A stretch of DNA of 64,000 bases, taken from the human T2T-CHM13v2.0 reference genome, Homo sapiens. The stretch lies in NCBI RefSeq assembly GCF_009914755.1, contig NC_060925.1; one strand, 5' to 3'. Below the pieces are notes generated by a model. It searched no databases and was not told the DNA's origin. It worked only from the letters and a program-made list of their open reading frames with translations. Numbering within the stretch: the stretch's first letter is position 1; each line of letters opens with the position of its first letter. Made by a program: the position numbers and the translations under genes. Shown here one piece after another: positions 62,402 through 64,000 of the stretch.

Positions 62402-62579
62402 TTTTTTTTCTTTCTTTTTTTTTTTTTGAGACAGGATCTCCCTCTGTTGCCCAGGCTGGAGCGTAGTGGCACGATCACAGCTCACTGAAGCCTTGACCTC
62501 CCAGGCTCAGGTGATCCTCCCATCTCAGCCTCCCAAGTAGCTAGAACTACAGGCACATGCCACCACGCCCAGGTAATTT

Positions 62580-62621
<42 letters not shown>

Positions 62622-62776
62622 ATATATATACATTTTTATTTTTATTTTTTTATTTTTTGGAGAGACTGGGTTTTGACATGTTGCCCAAGCTGGTCCCGAA
62701 GTCCTGAGCTTAAACGATCTGCCCACTTCAGCCTCTTAAAGTGCTGGGATTACAGGCGTGAGCCACCACACCCAGC
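62402..62776 (-). mobile_element. AluJ with (TG)n(TA)n in its linker, inside an L2 relic
   Basis: Reverse Alu; microsatellite ~62579-62632. Confidence 0.9.
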
Positions 62777-63325
62777 CAGCAGTGATTTGTTCAAATCTGT
62801 CTCTTAGGAAAATCACTCTAGTAGCTAGGAACAATTTGAGAGAGACAGAAAGGGAGCGAGTGAGTGCAGGAGGACCAGTTAGAAGACTGATGCACTCAGG
62901 GAGGGATACTGGGCAGTGGCCATGAGATGGAGAGCAGACGAGTCTGGAAGGAGGAAGGAGGTGGGGTCGCCAAGCTGGGGTCCACTGGCTCCCATGGAAA
63001 TGAGGGGAGATGAGGGCCTCATCAGGCTTGGGCATCTGGGAGGACAGTGTGCCATGTACCAAGGAAGGAATGCCAGAGAAGGTCTGAGTGGGAAACACCT
63101 TGGGTTAGGCGTGGGGTGTGTGAGATGCCCCAGCACCTCCTGAGTGTGGAGAAACCCCAGTGAAGGGGATCTGTTGCACTTCTGATAACCATGTTGATTG
63201 GCTTGGGGACCTATCTCTCCACCCCGGGATAGAGTCTTGTGGGAACTTCCATCAGTCTGGCCAAAGGCTAGCCCCTGATCTGGGCCTGGCCAATTACAGG
63301 CTTACCCTTGGAATTGGAATCATAG

Positions 63326-64000
<675 letters not shown>

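Overview
Primate (almost certainly human) genomic DNA containing the 5' end of SSBP3 (single-stranded DNA-binding protein 3 / SSDP1, the LDB1 cofactor) on the minus strand. Four coding exons were reconstructed by hand with canonical GT-AG boundaries: 38870-38815, 37796-37724, 37502-37441 and 34810-34726. They total 276 nt and encode [92 protein letters not shown], the LisH/LUFS domain. Positions 1-34725 are the start of the very long intron 4. Positions ~37850-40450 are the promoter CpG island, with three CGG/GGC tracts around the 5'UTR. Positions ~44000-64000 are an extremely Alu-dense upstream region that also holds MaLR/ERVL LTR, L1 and L2 relics. Nearly all ORFs in the supplied track are Alu- or GC-content artefacts, and I see no evidence for a new multi-gene system. 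The best leads are: (i) a 5'UTR in which a strong-context uORF lies in the poly-Gly frame of a (CGG)n tract and is separated from it by a single TGA-C stop; (ii) an in-frame read-through of exon 4 plus an intronic ATTAAA that could give a LUFS-only isoform; (iii) an 86-bp tract of non-consensus variants shared exactly by two AluY copies 8 kb apart, suggesting gene conversion; (iv) a sense-oriented MaLR LTR with a splice donor upstream of the promoter; (v) several hairpin or duplication structures and enhancer-like motif clusters. Repeat subfamily calls and repeat boundaries are by eye and approximate.
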